DNA of 64,000 bases from positions 8,122,001-8,186,000 of the forward strand of contig NC_043022.1 in assembly GCF_006345805.1 (NCBI RefSeq), written 5' to 3'. The notes beneath the pieces were generated by a model. The model ran no database searches and was not told the DNA's origin. It saw only the letters and a list, made by a program, of their open reading frames with translations. Shown piece after piece: positions 38,396 through 50,608 of this stretch. The position numbers and the translations under genes are program-made. Position 1 is the first letter of the stretch; each line of letters begins with the position of its first letter. This DNA is from Octopus sinensis (Eukaryota).

Positions 38396-38559
38396 ATTTA
38401 GATCTTCCTGCCAGAAAATTTAACGAGATCATTAAGGTATCTTTTCCAGCTTTCTTTTAAATAGGTGCAGAATGTGTCTCCAAATATTTGAGTAGGTTCT
38501 TTGTGGATTTTGTTCTTCTTAAGTTAAGGCCATTATCATCAAGTTGGTATATCTAGGGA

Positions 38560-39400
38560 AAACTTTGGTTATTGGGAAAGAGGAAGAGGGGAGGAGGAAG
38601 AGGAGAGGAGGAAAAGAAGAAGAAGGTGAAGGAGGAGGATAAGGAGAAGTAGGAAAAGAAAAATGAGGAGGGGAGAAGGAGGTAAAGAAGAAGATATGGT
38701 GGATGGTGATATGAAAGAGAGAAGAAAAATGGCACTTAATTCAACACTTAATTCAAATGTATCTTTTAAAATTTTTCTTTATTTTTTATCATTTTATTCT
38801 TTTGCTTTCTTTTTTTTTCCTAAAATGTCTTTTAAAAATAAAAAGCAAATGCAAGAAACAAAAAAGAAATAAAGAGAAATAAATTTTTAAAAAAATGAAA
38901 ACAAATACAAACATTTAACAACACAATTAAAGTAAAAAAAAAACTAAAAGAGAAAGGAAGAAAGAAAAGACAAAGAAAAGAAAGGAAAGAGAGGAAGAAA
39001 ACAGAAAAAGAAAAAAGGAAGACGAAAGAAAGACGTGAAGAAAGAAAGAAAGGAAGAAAGAAAACAGAAAGAGAGAAAAAGGACAAAGAAAAAGGAAGAA
39101 AACAGAAAGAACAAAAAAGAAAGGACAGAAAGAAAGAAAGGACAGAAAGGAAAGAAAACAGAAAGAAAGGAAGAAAGAACAATGAAAGGAGAGAAGAAAA
39201 AAGAAAGTAAGAAAGGAAAGGAAGGAAGAAAATAGAAAAAAAGAAAAAAACCAAAATAAAAGAAAGGAAAATGAAATTGAAACAAGAAAAGGAAAATGTA
39301 AGAAATTAAGAAAAAAGAAAGAAAGCAAAAGAAAAACACGAACAAAAACAAAGGGAAAATAAAAATTTTAAATAAAATTTAAAAACGGAGAAAAAAGTAA
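38560..39400. repeat. Long A/G-rich (polypurine) tract
   Basis: Direct reading; apart from a T-rich stretch at ~38745-38830, very few pyrimidines on +. Confidence 0.9.
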
Positions 39401-39451
39401 AACTAAAGGAACTTTGAAATTGTAACATATTATGGTCATACATTTTTCATG

Positions 39452-39482
<31 letters not shown>

Positions 39483-40048
39483 GTTATTATTATTATTGTT
39501 GTTGTTGTTGTTATCATCATCATCATCATCGTTGTTGTTGTGCTTGTTGTTGTTGTTGTTGTTATGGGTAATGTTCTTGTTATTTGGTAAATATTTTTGT
39601 TGTTTTCTTTATGTCAAATACCAAAATGCAAATCACTCTGGTGCATTTCATTTTCTGTTTGTGTGTGTGTGTGTGTATGTGAGTATGTGCTTGTGTGTGT
39701 TTATGTGTGAGTGTGTGCTTAAGTGTGTGTGTGTGTGTGTGTCCCTGTCGTGGTGGTTGTTAGGGGTTACACTGCGTTGTTTGTATGTCTGCTTGTTGTT
39801 GTTGTTGTTTCTTTTGCATAAAATATCTTATACCGTTTTATAGAGTTTTTAGAAGTCGAAAAATGTCAGTCACTTTGTATTATGCCGCCAGAAAATTTAA
39901 AGAAATGAAAAAAAATTAATAAAAGAAATCTTAAAAACCAATGTAAAGAAACAATACACAAACATGAGGAAAAAAAGAATTTGGAAAGAAAAAATTTTTT
40001 AAAAAATTATAATTCGAACCTTTAATTGCAAAAAGAGACTGCAAAGAA

Positions 40049-40085
<37 letters not shown>

Positions 40086-40447
40086 TAATAATAATGATAA
40101 TAATAATAACCATGATAATAATAATAATAATAATAATAACAACAATAATGAGTTTAAAAAAATTACAGAATATATTCAACTTAAAAAATAAGTATTAATG
40201 AAACTTAAGTACAACAGAACAGCTAAATAAGTGTGTGTGTGTATGTCTGAGTGTAAGCGTGCACACATGCATGTGAGTGTGTGTGTATATATATGTACAC
40301 ATGCACACACACACATACATGCATATATATATGTGTGTGTGTGTATGTGCATATGTATATACATATATATCATATATTTATTCTGTCTGTCTGTCTATCT
40401 ACATATATATACATGCATACATATATGTATGTATGTATGAATGTATG

Positions 40448-40495
<48 letters not shown>

Positions 40496-40524
40496 GAGAG
40501 AGAGATAGAGAGGTACTCATATAT

Positions 40525-40577
<53 letters not shown>

Positions 40578-40870
40578 GTGTATATGTGTGTGTGTATATA
40601 TATATATAAATGTATATAGTTGAGACTCTAAAAGAGTGTTATCTATGTATATTTGGAGAAAACTAAAAATTAAAAGGTATCCAATTTGCAAGTTAAAAAA
40701 TAATCACTTATCTTTTCTTTTTCCTAATTTAAACATACCATTCATTGTTCTCAACTGTGCATAAAAGTCTGTGTGTAGAAAAATGTGTGCATATCTATAT
40801 ACATACAGACACACACACACATGTGAGTATGCATAAATATACATATACACGTATATACACATGCACACAC

Positions 40871-40921
<51 letters not shown>

Positions 40922-41141
40922 GTACTGATCCGTGATAGAAAATTCAACAAAAACAGTACTTCACCTGGTGAAAGATAAATATTATTATTTAAAGGTCACA
41001 ATACATGTATTAAAGTGCTACTAATAGTTTCATATGTTGAGAGAACTCAAACATATTCTACATACATATATATAATTAAACAGTTAGATGATCTACCAGT
41101 GCATTACCTAAACTACTTAATGCTTCATAATATATACAGAT

Positions 41142-41459
41142 CATGGTTTCTCAACCATTTTTTAACTAATGACCCCTTTGATAGCTTTTTTATTCTATGG
41201 ACCCCCATAGACATTCAGTATCTAAAAACTTCTTTCATACCTGTTTTTGTTTGTCACACATTAACTTGTGTAGTTTGAACTCTGTAAAATGATAAAGAAA
41301 CCTAACTGTTTCATGCAATACATACATCTTAAACAACATGTTTTTCAGTGGCCCTTAAAATACTATTGTGGATCCCCAATTTACTATTTGTTGTGTGGCC
41401 CTCCAAAACATCTTAAATGGACCCTCAGGGGCCATATTGATCCTGGTTGAGGACTACTG
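41142..41459. mobile_element. hAT-type MITE
   Basis: TIRs 'catggtttctcaacc' / 'ggttgaggactactg'; flanks atacagat/atgcacat (6/8 identical). Confidence 0.65.
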
Positions 41460-41859
41460 ATGCACATCTAAAGTCTGTGGTCTTCAGATGTGATTCATGA
41501 ATAGAAGCATAGTTCTGTGTCATTGGTCAATCGATTCTTTGCTTGTTGTTTTATCAGATTGGTTCTCATTGGTCAAATTTTGTGATCCAAAATGCCACTG
41601 GGCAGAATTCTCTATCACAAAATTCAACAGGTTACTTGATCGACTAGTTACTTCATCAGCAATGGAGAATTATGTGGTTCAGGGTTCAGTCACACTGCAT
41701 AGTACATTGGCCAAGTGCCTTCTGTAATAGCCCTGGACTGACCAAATCCTTGTGAGTGAATTTGGTACTTCTTAGAAGCTTGGAAGTGCCAATATGAAAG
41801 GCTGCTAAATGTAGAGAACTCATGGGAAAGGTACATATATTGATGCAGACATTTTACTA

Positions 41860-42500
41860 TAATAGGTGATATGTCCATCTGTCTGTCCGTATGTCCCTCT
41901 GTTCCCTCTTCATGGTCAAATGGCTGGATCAATGGTCACTATGTTTTTTGGGATAATGAAGGAGGTAATCAGAAAGGTTTTTAGTGAAAAAAGAAAAAAT
42001 GTGAAAAAGTATGATTATTTAGTGGATATTAAGTTTGGTATTAATAAATCACTTTTGATTTGTTTTTTGTTAAAATTCTGGCAACGTGGATTAACTCTAG
42101 ATTACCCTCCTGTATAGTTTGTGAATTTAGAGGGTTTAGATTTGTGATACTATCCCTTTATTTCCCATCATAGATAGGCAGATGCGCTATCTTAGTATAA
42201 TGGGTGTTATGTCCATCTGTCTATCTGTCTGTCCAACTGTTTGTCGGTTCCCTCTTCACAGCCAGATGGCTGGACCAATGGTTACAATAATTTTGGGGAT
42301 TACAAAGATGGTCAAGAAGGATTTTAGCATTAAAAGATCAGAAAGTATGATTATTTTGTGGATATCGATTTCGTATTTTTATTAAAAATTCATCGACCAC
42401 AAGTAACTCTGAATTTTCATGGTATAGTTCTTGGCCCCTTCAAAAATATGAAGAGGGTTGTGAGGACAGTTAATAGTGAAAATAAAATGGAAAAAGTGTG
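41860..42500. repeat. Two diverged direct copies of a ~200-nt repeat with (ctgt/ccgt) simple-repeat core
   Basis: 'atgtccatctgtctgtcc...ttccctcttca...atggctgga.caatggt...agtatgattatttt.gtggatat' at ~41870 and ~42208. Confidence 0.6.
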
Positions 42501-42540
42501 TGTGATTATTTAGCAGTTATTGAAGTGTGTCAGTCTCGAG

Positions 42541-43251
42541 CAAGATTCAAAATGGCTAATCGAAGCAGTTGTTGTTTACATTTCAGTTTTGTCAATCAAA
42601 ATAACCCATGGTACCAGAACATCCAGACATTATTTACATAGAACAGTGAGAGGTAAGTCTTAGTTTGATTTTTTGCAACCCTAAAGATTCCACTCGCGTA
42701 TTCACAGTAAACAAGACTTTAGATCATGTAAGTGTATTTTTACCCACATTGCTACGAGTAGAGCAACAGACTCCAGTAATTTGAAAATTAGTGTCAACCA
42801 AACAGAAATTATTGTCTACAAAGAAGTTTTGCAGTCATATTGATATTATCGAAAGGAATATGATACATAATTTAAATAAGGAAATTTGTGAACTTTAAAT
42901 GTATAAGAGTATAAACAAATGTAAAAAAAAGTATATCTAAATAACATTTTTTTCTTAATACTTTTTATGTAGGAATCTCTGGCTTTCATTAGGAGTTGTC
43001 CACATAACCATTCATGATACAGAAGTTGGGAGCCTATTTCAGCTTAGGAGCGAATCATCATCACATGTCATTTAGTCGCAAACACATCATATAGCTACAA
43101 TAGAATGTTGTATCACCAACAATAATGTGATTTCTCTAAGACACCACACAGTAAACTGTCAAGGCCATTTACATATTTCTCAATACATACTGCTGTTATG
43201 ACTTCCCTCCCTCACTTTATGCCTCCATCGTAAATGGGCAGATTTGCTAGT
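42541..43251 (+). other. Putative 5' exons of a spliced transcript (exon 1 ending 42652, exon 2 42973-43251)
   Basis: Exact GTAAGT donors at 42653, 42728 and 43252; acceptor 'ctttttatgtag|' at 42972; CAAAATGGC motif at 42548; no long ORF. Confidence 0.3.
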
Positions 43252-43375
43252 GTAAGTTTATTAAGCTGAGAAACAATTGCCCTTAAATAAAAATATCCAA
43301 TGATAAAATAAATTTTATCATAGCATATTTCTCTTGTTATTTACAATTTTATATATATATATATGTATGTGTGTG

Positions 43376-43466
<91 letters not shown>

Positions 43467-43509
43467 CTATATATGTAACTATATATTTACACACACACAC
43501 CACACACAG

Positions 43510-43583
<74 letters not shown>

Positions 43584-44744
43584 AGCATATATATATATAT
43601 ATATGCATGTATATATGCATATGGTTCAGAATTGTACAGATAGCAAAAACAAATGACAAAGATGGTTCTTTGTGTTGGTATTTGTCTCCCCTCCACTACT
43701 TCAAAACCTGTGTTAGTTTGTATACATCCTGTAACTTGGCAGTTTACCATAAGAGACTGATAGAATAAGCACCAAACTTCATAAGATACATATATTAATA
43801 TCCTTATTGATTTTTTAAAAGCAGTTCAGCATTTCCAAGTTCAAATCCTGCTATGGTCAACTTTTTTCTTTTATTCTCTCAGGTTCCATAAATAAAGTAT
43901 CAGTCAAATACTAATATTATTTATGTACAAAGACCAAATTTCTCTTCTTCTTTTTCCTTCTCTTCCTCCTTCTCCTCATCTTCCTCTTTCTTCTCCACCT
44001 CATCCTGCTCTTTCTCCTTATTCCTTATCCTCTCTTCTTCTGCTTCCTTCCTCTCCCCAGCCTCCTCTTCTGCATTCTCTTTCTCCCCATCTTCTCTTTT
44101 CTTCTTTTGTCCCCATCCATTTCCTCCTTACCCCATCCTCCTTCTCTCCATCCCCCTCCTACCTTTCTTACTTCTCCCCCTCCTCCTTCTCTATCCTCCT
44201 CCCTTCCCTCCTAGCATTTGTAGTCTTGTGCTTATGTTTACAATTAAATATTGTTTACAAACCTTACCAATGCAGCTAAATTTATCACCATTAATACCCA
44301 CCAACTCGGTTGTTACTAGTTACTGCCTGTATTTACTTTTATCTCTGGAAATTTCCAATTTTGTTTTTTTGCAGCCAAATTTTAGCTGTCTTTATTGTTA
44401 ATCCGTTTATATCTAAGTGATAAGAAATACAGGTTTAAACCTGACCGGCAACACACTTCCTATGATTCATAAGACAGGTGTGGTGGTAATACAGGTGTGG
44501 CCAAAAATAGGTGTACAGTTGCTTGGCTCAAGCATTCACTCAAAGACATCAGAAATCAAAAACGAGGGCTTCCAAAGAACTAAGCATTTCATGCAGATCC
44601 CTTAGCTGACTTATAAATCGCTTAGGTTTAAGAAAGAAAGAGAGAAATGAGAAGAACATTCCACCCTTACTGGTTACAAACTTTGGCACAAGGCTAGCAA
44701 ATGCCTGAACTTGTACAAGTGTTGCCTTTGTTGTTATTGGTACT

Positions 44745-44964
44745 CTTTACTCTTTTTACTCTTTTTACTTGTTTCAGTCATTTGACTGCGGCCATGCTGG
44801 AGCACCACCTTTAGTCGAGCAAATCGACCTCCGGGACTTATTCTTTTTGTAAGGCCAGTACTTATTCTATCAGTCTCTTTTTGCCGAACCGCTAAGTGAC
44901 GGGGACGTAAACACACCAGCATCGGTTGTCAAGCAATGCTAGGGGAACAAACACAGACACACAA

Positions 44965-45009
<45 letters not shown>

Positions 45010-45175
45010 TACGACAGGCTTCTTTCAGTTTCCGTCTACCAAATCCACTCACAAGGCATTGGTCGGTCCGGGGCTATAGCAGAAGACACTTGCCCAAGAT
45101 GCCACGCAGTGGGACTGAACCCGGAACCATGTGGTTGGTTAGCAAGCTACTTACCACACAGCCACTCCTGCGCCT
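44745..45175 (-). mobile_element. Family A SINE (young)
   Basis: Near-consensus, CpGs intact. Confidence 0.9.
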
Positions 45176-45551
45176 AAATTATTTGAAATAGTTTTTCTTT
45201 TAACTGTTCATTAAAATTTGCTTTCTTCTCATTGCACATTAAGCAGTGTAATTTATTTTTGGAATGTCATTTTTGCTTTGGTGCTACTGCAATATCTTGT
45301 CTTGTACTGTGTTTGAGTCTGGTAAAAATTTTGAGTGTGAAATGTGCCCAACACATGTAGTTAAATAAAATAGTCTATAACAACAGACTTTCTTTTGTGC
45401 CTACCTCTGGGCATTTGGGGCAGACCATCATCAGATAATGATAATCCCTTTTGGCAAGTACTCTAAAGAAATTTTAATTTGATGTTTTAAATATTGTCAA
45501 GCTTTGGAATGAAACAAAAACTTGTTTACTCTTTCAAAGCTAATAATAATA

Positions 45552-45583
<32 letters not shown>

Positions 45584-45727
45584 TAATATTACGGAGATGT
45601 ACTTGCATAGCAAGTGATTTGATCTGAGATTGTGTGCTGAAACGAAAACAATTGCAGCGTGGAAGGTGTTTGTAAGCCATTTATGAAACACAAAAGCTGT
45701 TCGATTCACTTGAACATTTAAGTTTAA

Positions 45728-45778
45728 TTTGTCAAAATATTTTCGTCGCTTTAAGACCGCGACCTGTTCACTGACAAA
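45728..45778 (-). ncRNA. Hammerhead motif with G3:C8 core variant
   Basis: tttgtca-GTGAACA-g-gtcgc-ggtcttaaa-gcgac-GAAA-atat-TT-tgacaaa; 7-bp stem I, 5-bp stem II, palindromic aatatt. Confidence 0.65.
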
Positions 45779-45793
45779 AATCCATGCTGCATA

Positions 45794-45835
<42 letters not shown>

Positions 45836-45884
45836 TATAATAATAATAATAATAATGATAATAATAATAATAATAATTTCTACT

Positions 45885-46085
45885 ATAGGGGCAAGGCGTG
45901 AAATATTGGGGAGAGGGATAGTTGATTACATTAATCCCAGTGTTTCACTGGTATTTAATTTATCGACCCCGAAATGATGAAAGGCAAAGTCGACCTCAGC
46001 GGAATTTAAACTCAGAACATGAGGACTGACGAAATATTGCTAAGCTTTTAGCCCAGCATGCTAACAATTCTGACAGCTCACCACC
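45885..46085 (-). mobile_element. Family D SINE
   Basis: 'gatgaaaggcaaagtcgacctcagcggaatttaaactcagaac'. Confidence 0.8.
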
Positions 46086-46175
46086 TTAATAATAATAATA
46101 ATAGTAATAATAATAATAATAATAACAACAACAACAACAACAACAACAACAAACAACAACAACAATAATAATAAT

Positions 46176-46720
46176 AAATGCCCTGATGCAGTACAAGGCA
46201 GTGGCTCTCATGGCTTCTGATCTTAACTGATTGGAAGTGTTATCATGTAAATTGTTTTGTCTTGGTATAAAAGATGGGCTACAGTAAATATTCTGCTCAA
46301 TACCACAGATTTGGACCGTAACAAGTTGAGCATGTCCCTTAGTGGCTGACGATATGTGCATCTCTGATCATGAGTAGAAGTAGTGGGGGAGCATCATAGC
46401 CATGTGTTTGAGAGGGATTCTTTGGGGTTTGAATAATTCACTTCTGGAAACATAGGTGTTTCGTTCAACATCCTTAAACAACCCTTATTCAGGAACCTTT
46501 TGAGCAGGATGGGTTACTTGACTAGAAGTAAATTCTAACTGAGCCCCACCTGCAAGGTCATGTGCTGTTTATCTTGATATGAGATCACCATGTCGCGCAC
46601 ATATGGTTGTGATGCATGTGCCTAGTGTACCCTTATCAGACGGGTCATGATGGGTATACTGGGGTTCATATATTTAACACCAGTGTCACTTTGATGGCAT
46701 GCATTGCTCTCTCACTCAAT
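46176..46720. mobile_element. Family F element in (TAA)n, longer copy
   Basis: Homolog of 12913-13418 with ~90 extra nt at the left end. Confidence 0.75.
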
Positions 46721-46744
46721 GATAATAATAATAATAATGTCTGT

Positions 46745-47225
46745 GAATGTATCCACAGAATGACAGATTTGGGACCCATATACACTGGAAACTATGCCAA
46801 AACTATGGAATGACAACAGGAAAATGATGATGCAGGAAAGATCTCAGAAAATGACAAAGCACTCTGGGATATGCCAATATATACAGATAGAGCAATCAAG
46901 GCTAATAGACTGGATATAGTTTTGAGAGATTCAGGAAAAAGAATGTCTTCTAATCAATGTATCAATCCCAACAGATGATAATGACAATGTATCTCTAAAA
47001 GAAAGCAGACTCTCTCATAATAACAAAGATCTGGAAATAGAGATAACTTGAATGTGGGGCCAAAAAATTAGAAACAATCCCTATAATGACAGGTGCATTA
47101 GGGATGATTCAAAAAACATACAAATACATAACCAAAACACCAGGACTTGGGAATATATGTAACATACAGAAAATAGCACTACTAGGCACAGCACACATCC
47201 TACGTAAAACTCTTTCAATACAGTG
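46745..47225 (+). mobile_element. R4/Dong-type LINE 3' remnant
   Basis: 'LWDMPIYTDRAIKANRLDIV' and 'QKIALLGTAHILRKTLS' (restriction-like endonuclease C-terminus); starts after (AAT)n. Confidence 0.75.
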
Positions 47226-47361
47226 AAAAATAACAACACCAAAACAAACCAAGGCAATCAGAGCTGTGCTCAGCAGTGAAGTGAAAGCACATGATAAAAA
47301 TAAGACTACTGAACAACAACAACAACAGCAACAACAACAACAACAACAACTGCTGCTGCTG

Positions 47362-47454
<93 letters not shown>

Positions 47455-47459
47455 ATGTT

Positions 47460-47800
47460 TTCTGGGGAGGAATTGATATGAAACTTATTGTAGAGAAATG
47501 TGCCAAGGCAACCTTGAAGAGAGAAACATTTGATAACGAAACCAAGATAAGAAAAAGAATTAGACCAGATTCAGATTTATAAATACTTAGGAATTAATGA
47601 GAACTAGACAGAGTAATAAGTTATGGTTATGGTATACTCAACGCATGCTGAGTGAATTAACAAGGCTGAACAAGAAAATATGAAAAATAAAGATTTTATT
47701 TAGAATACAGAATCCAAAATCTGAAAGAGAAATGTATTTACTACAATGTAGGAGCCTTGGGCAATGAGAAGAATTATGATGAAATATCTTTCAAAGGATT
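47460..47800 (+). mobile_element. R4/Dong-type RT remnant
   Basis: 'tataaatacttaggaattaatgag' = YKYLGINE, same motif as at 61238. Confidence 0.55.
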
Positions 47801-48499
47801 ACAGAAACATATCCAGTTAAGAATACAGAAAAACCAGTATAAATAGTTAAATGTTGGTGTATTCTGATCAGAGCCTTGATTTTGGTTGTGAGTATAACAA
47901 CCAAGACGAGGATATTAGACTGAATGTATCACCACCATTACCACCACCACCACAACCACCACCACCACCACCACAACCACCACCACCATTACCACCACCA
48001 CCACCATTACCACCACCACCACCACCACCATTACCACCACCACCACCACCATTATCATCGCCACCATCATTTAACATCCACTTTACCATGCTGGCATGGG
48101 TTGTGCTGTTTGACAGGATCCACTGGGGTCAAGAACTGCATTGTTGTACCAGTGTATGCTATGGCCTGGTTCCTACAGCTTCTGCCCTTCCTAACACAGA
48201 CCCCTTCACAGCATGTTCTGGACCCCTGTTTTTTTTTTCTTTTGCCTGCCACCAGCACTATTTTGCTCCCCACAAAGCTCATAGGACTTCAAACCCCGTG
48301 CAGAGTGGGATGGGGCTTCAGCTTCATTGCTTGGGACACAAAGTTATACTAAAAGAGAATGGGGTTGGTGGTCAGAGCAGATTCTTGAAGAAGATCTGCA
48401 TGGCAACCCACACATAGTAAGAAAAATGGGGAAAGAGAAAAGAGAAATGATCAGTATGAACAGCAAAGAGATAGATAGTGGCGATGAGGGTCCTATCAG

Positions 48500-48630
48500 T
48501 TTGGACTGACGCTTCCAATTAAGAAGAACCTCCTCTCCTGGTGGTCCTTGGCAACAATATCTGACAAATTACACTTGATCTGCGTGTCTCTGTGGATCAT
48601 CATATCATATCCCATAGTTTAGCTTCTTGG
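48500..48630 (-). mobile_element. R4/Dong-type endonuclease remnant
   Basis: Frameshifted 'KLWD...IHRDTQIKCNLSDIVAKD..FLI'. Confidence 0.45.
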
Positions 48631-48952
48631 TCATTCACCGAGACCATTCTTCGTTATATGTTTATATATTATTTCTTCTCTATCAATATTTCATAATGCT
48701 GGCAGGATTTCCAGTGTATGAAATCTTCCACTTTATTGTGTTTGTATAAACTCTTTTTTGGCTAAGACGAGGCACAGATAAACAATGTGATTAATTGTTT
48801 TTCCCAACACCATCACCACTACCACCAGATATTCTGCAGTTACTTTATATATTCTGCTTCATTATCTGCTTTTAGTTGTAGATGCTGTCACTTCACTATC
48901 ACAACATCTTGGGTTCAATCCTACTGTCGGGTGGTTTATTCTTTTCTTTTAT

Positions 48953-49405
48953 TCTTTTACTTGTTTCCGTCATTTGACTGTGGCCATGCTGGAGCACCAC
49001 CTTAAAAGGTTTTTAGTTGAAGAAGTCGACCCCAGGATTTATTCTTTGTAAGCCTAATACTTATTCTATCGGTCTCTTTTGCCGAACCACAAAGAAACAT
49101 ATGTAAACACAGCAATATCAGTTGTCAAGCAATGGTAAGGAGCAAACACACACACAAACATAAATATATACAAACACACACATATATATATGTGTATATG
49201 TTTGTGTGTCTGTGTTTGTCCCCCCTAGCATCACTTGACAACCGATGCTGGTGTGTTTATGTCCCCGTCACTTAGCGGTTCGGCAAAAGAGACCGATAGA
49301 ATAAGTACTAGGCTTACAAAGAATAAGTCCCGGGGGCGATTTGCTTGACTAAAGGCGGTGCTCCTGCATGGCCGCAGTCAAATGACTGAAACAAGTAAAA
49401 GAGTA
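48953..49405. repeat. Inverted pair of family A SINE 3' halves
   Basis: 48953-49150 (-) and 49195-49405 (+) joined at the internal microsatellite. Confidence 0.85.
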
Positions 49406-49768
49406 TATTAAAATTTGAATTAAACTAAAATTGAAATTAAATTTAAAAAGCTAAAGTAAATAAACTAGATACGATAAAAATGTATTTTACTCTTAATTCC
49501 ACAGTTTGAAAACTGAGATGATTTTACTAGAAGCAGGTCACATTATTTTGGAATGTTTGGATGTAGACCATATGCGAATACAAGTTAGCATTTAGTTTTA
49601 TAGAACTGGGCTCTGCTACAGCTTCTTGCCTTCTCTCACTCTCCCTTTGTGTGTCTCCCTCTCTCCCTCCCTCCCTTCCCTTCCCTTCTCTCTCTCCTTC
49701 TCAATCGCTCTCTCTCTGTCTCTCTCCCTTTCTCAGTCTTTCTCACTTTGCATCGGTGTGTGTATATA

Positions 49769-49811
<43 letters not shown>

Positions 49812-50342
49812 TTTTAATTTAAAAATTTAAAAATATAAAAATTTTAAATTTTAATAATTTAAATTTTAAATTTTATATTTTATATATATATATTATATAT
49901 TATATTGATTATATTTATTTTTTGTTTTTTATGGTTTGGTTTATGTCTATCACTGTTTGAGTTGCCTAATAGCAGTTTTATCTCTAATTTAATTTATATA
50001 TATACTGTCATTACCGTCTTGCTTTTTTTACCCCTCTGCGAAAAGATCTCAGAATTTTAATTGATTTGCTTTTCGCAGGAAGGAAGTTTTCTTCGAAGTA
50101 TACGTCTCGCTTTTATCCTTCGAAACGTTTAGTAGATGAAACCTTAGCGACTGAAGAAGGGGATTTTTCGTTGTGCTTATTGTCCTGTATCTCTTTTTTT
50201 GCTTGTCTTGTTCCTTGGTTTGTGTCTATGTTTTTCGTCTCTCTATGTGTTCGACGTCTTTTTGGTGTCCTGTACACATATATGCGTGTATATGTACATG
50301 TAGAGGTAGGTACGTACATATATGTTTATATATATGCATTGT

Positions 50343-50387
<45 letters not shown>

Positions 50388-50521
50388 TTTTATTAAAGAT
50401 GCAAAAATCTTCACAGTATGTGAAGATTTTGTTGCAGCTTTAATAAAAGCATATTACTCTACCTTTGGTATTTGAGTAACATCTTTTTACCACCTTGATT
50501 TGCATTTATGTGCTTACTTTG

Positions 50522-50577
<56 letters not shown>

Positions 50578-50608
50578 CAAAATAAGCAACAAGGATATCC
50601 AGAGGTAA

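Larger units (their letters stand above)
36770..38575 (-). mobile_element. Decayed PLE (RT motifs B-E, thumb, GIY-YIG start) interrupted by a SINE and a MITE
   Basis: 'WKRYLND' (YxDD-like, ~38420-38450), 'INSNIQFTMEF..EPLVLD...KSTDSRHYLLFTSCH', 'NLIYVTTC'. Confidence 0.7.

Noticed and set aside
38433-38552. Apparent minus-strand terminal exon 'IYQLDDNGLNLRRTKSTKNLLKYLETHSAPIKRKLEKIP*' after a ccctag acceptor
   Set aside because: Other frames give 'YTNL.M' and 'WKRYLND', i.e. PLE RT motifs continuous with the remnant beyond the hAT MITE
40930-40966. Minus-strand acceptor followed by RNP1-like 'VKYCFVEFS'
   Set aside because: Only a weak donor (gtacat), runs into a microsatellite, and no other RRM exon was found
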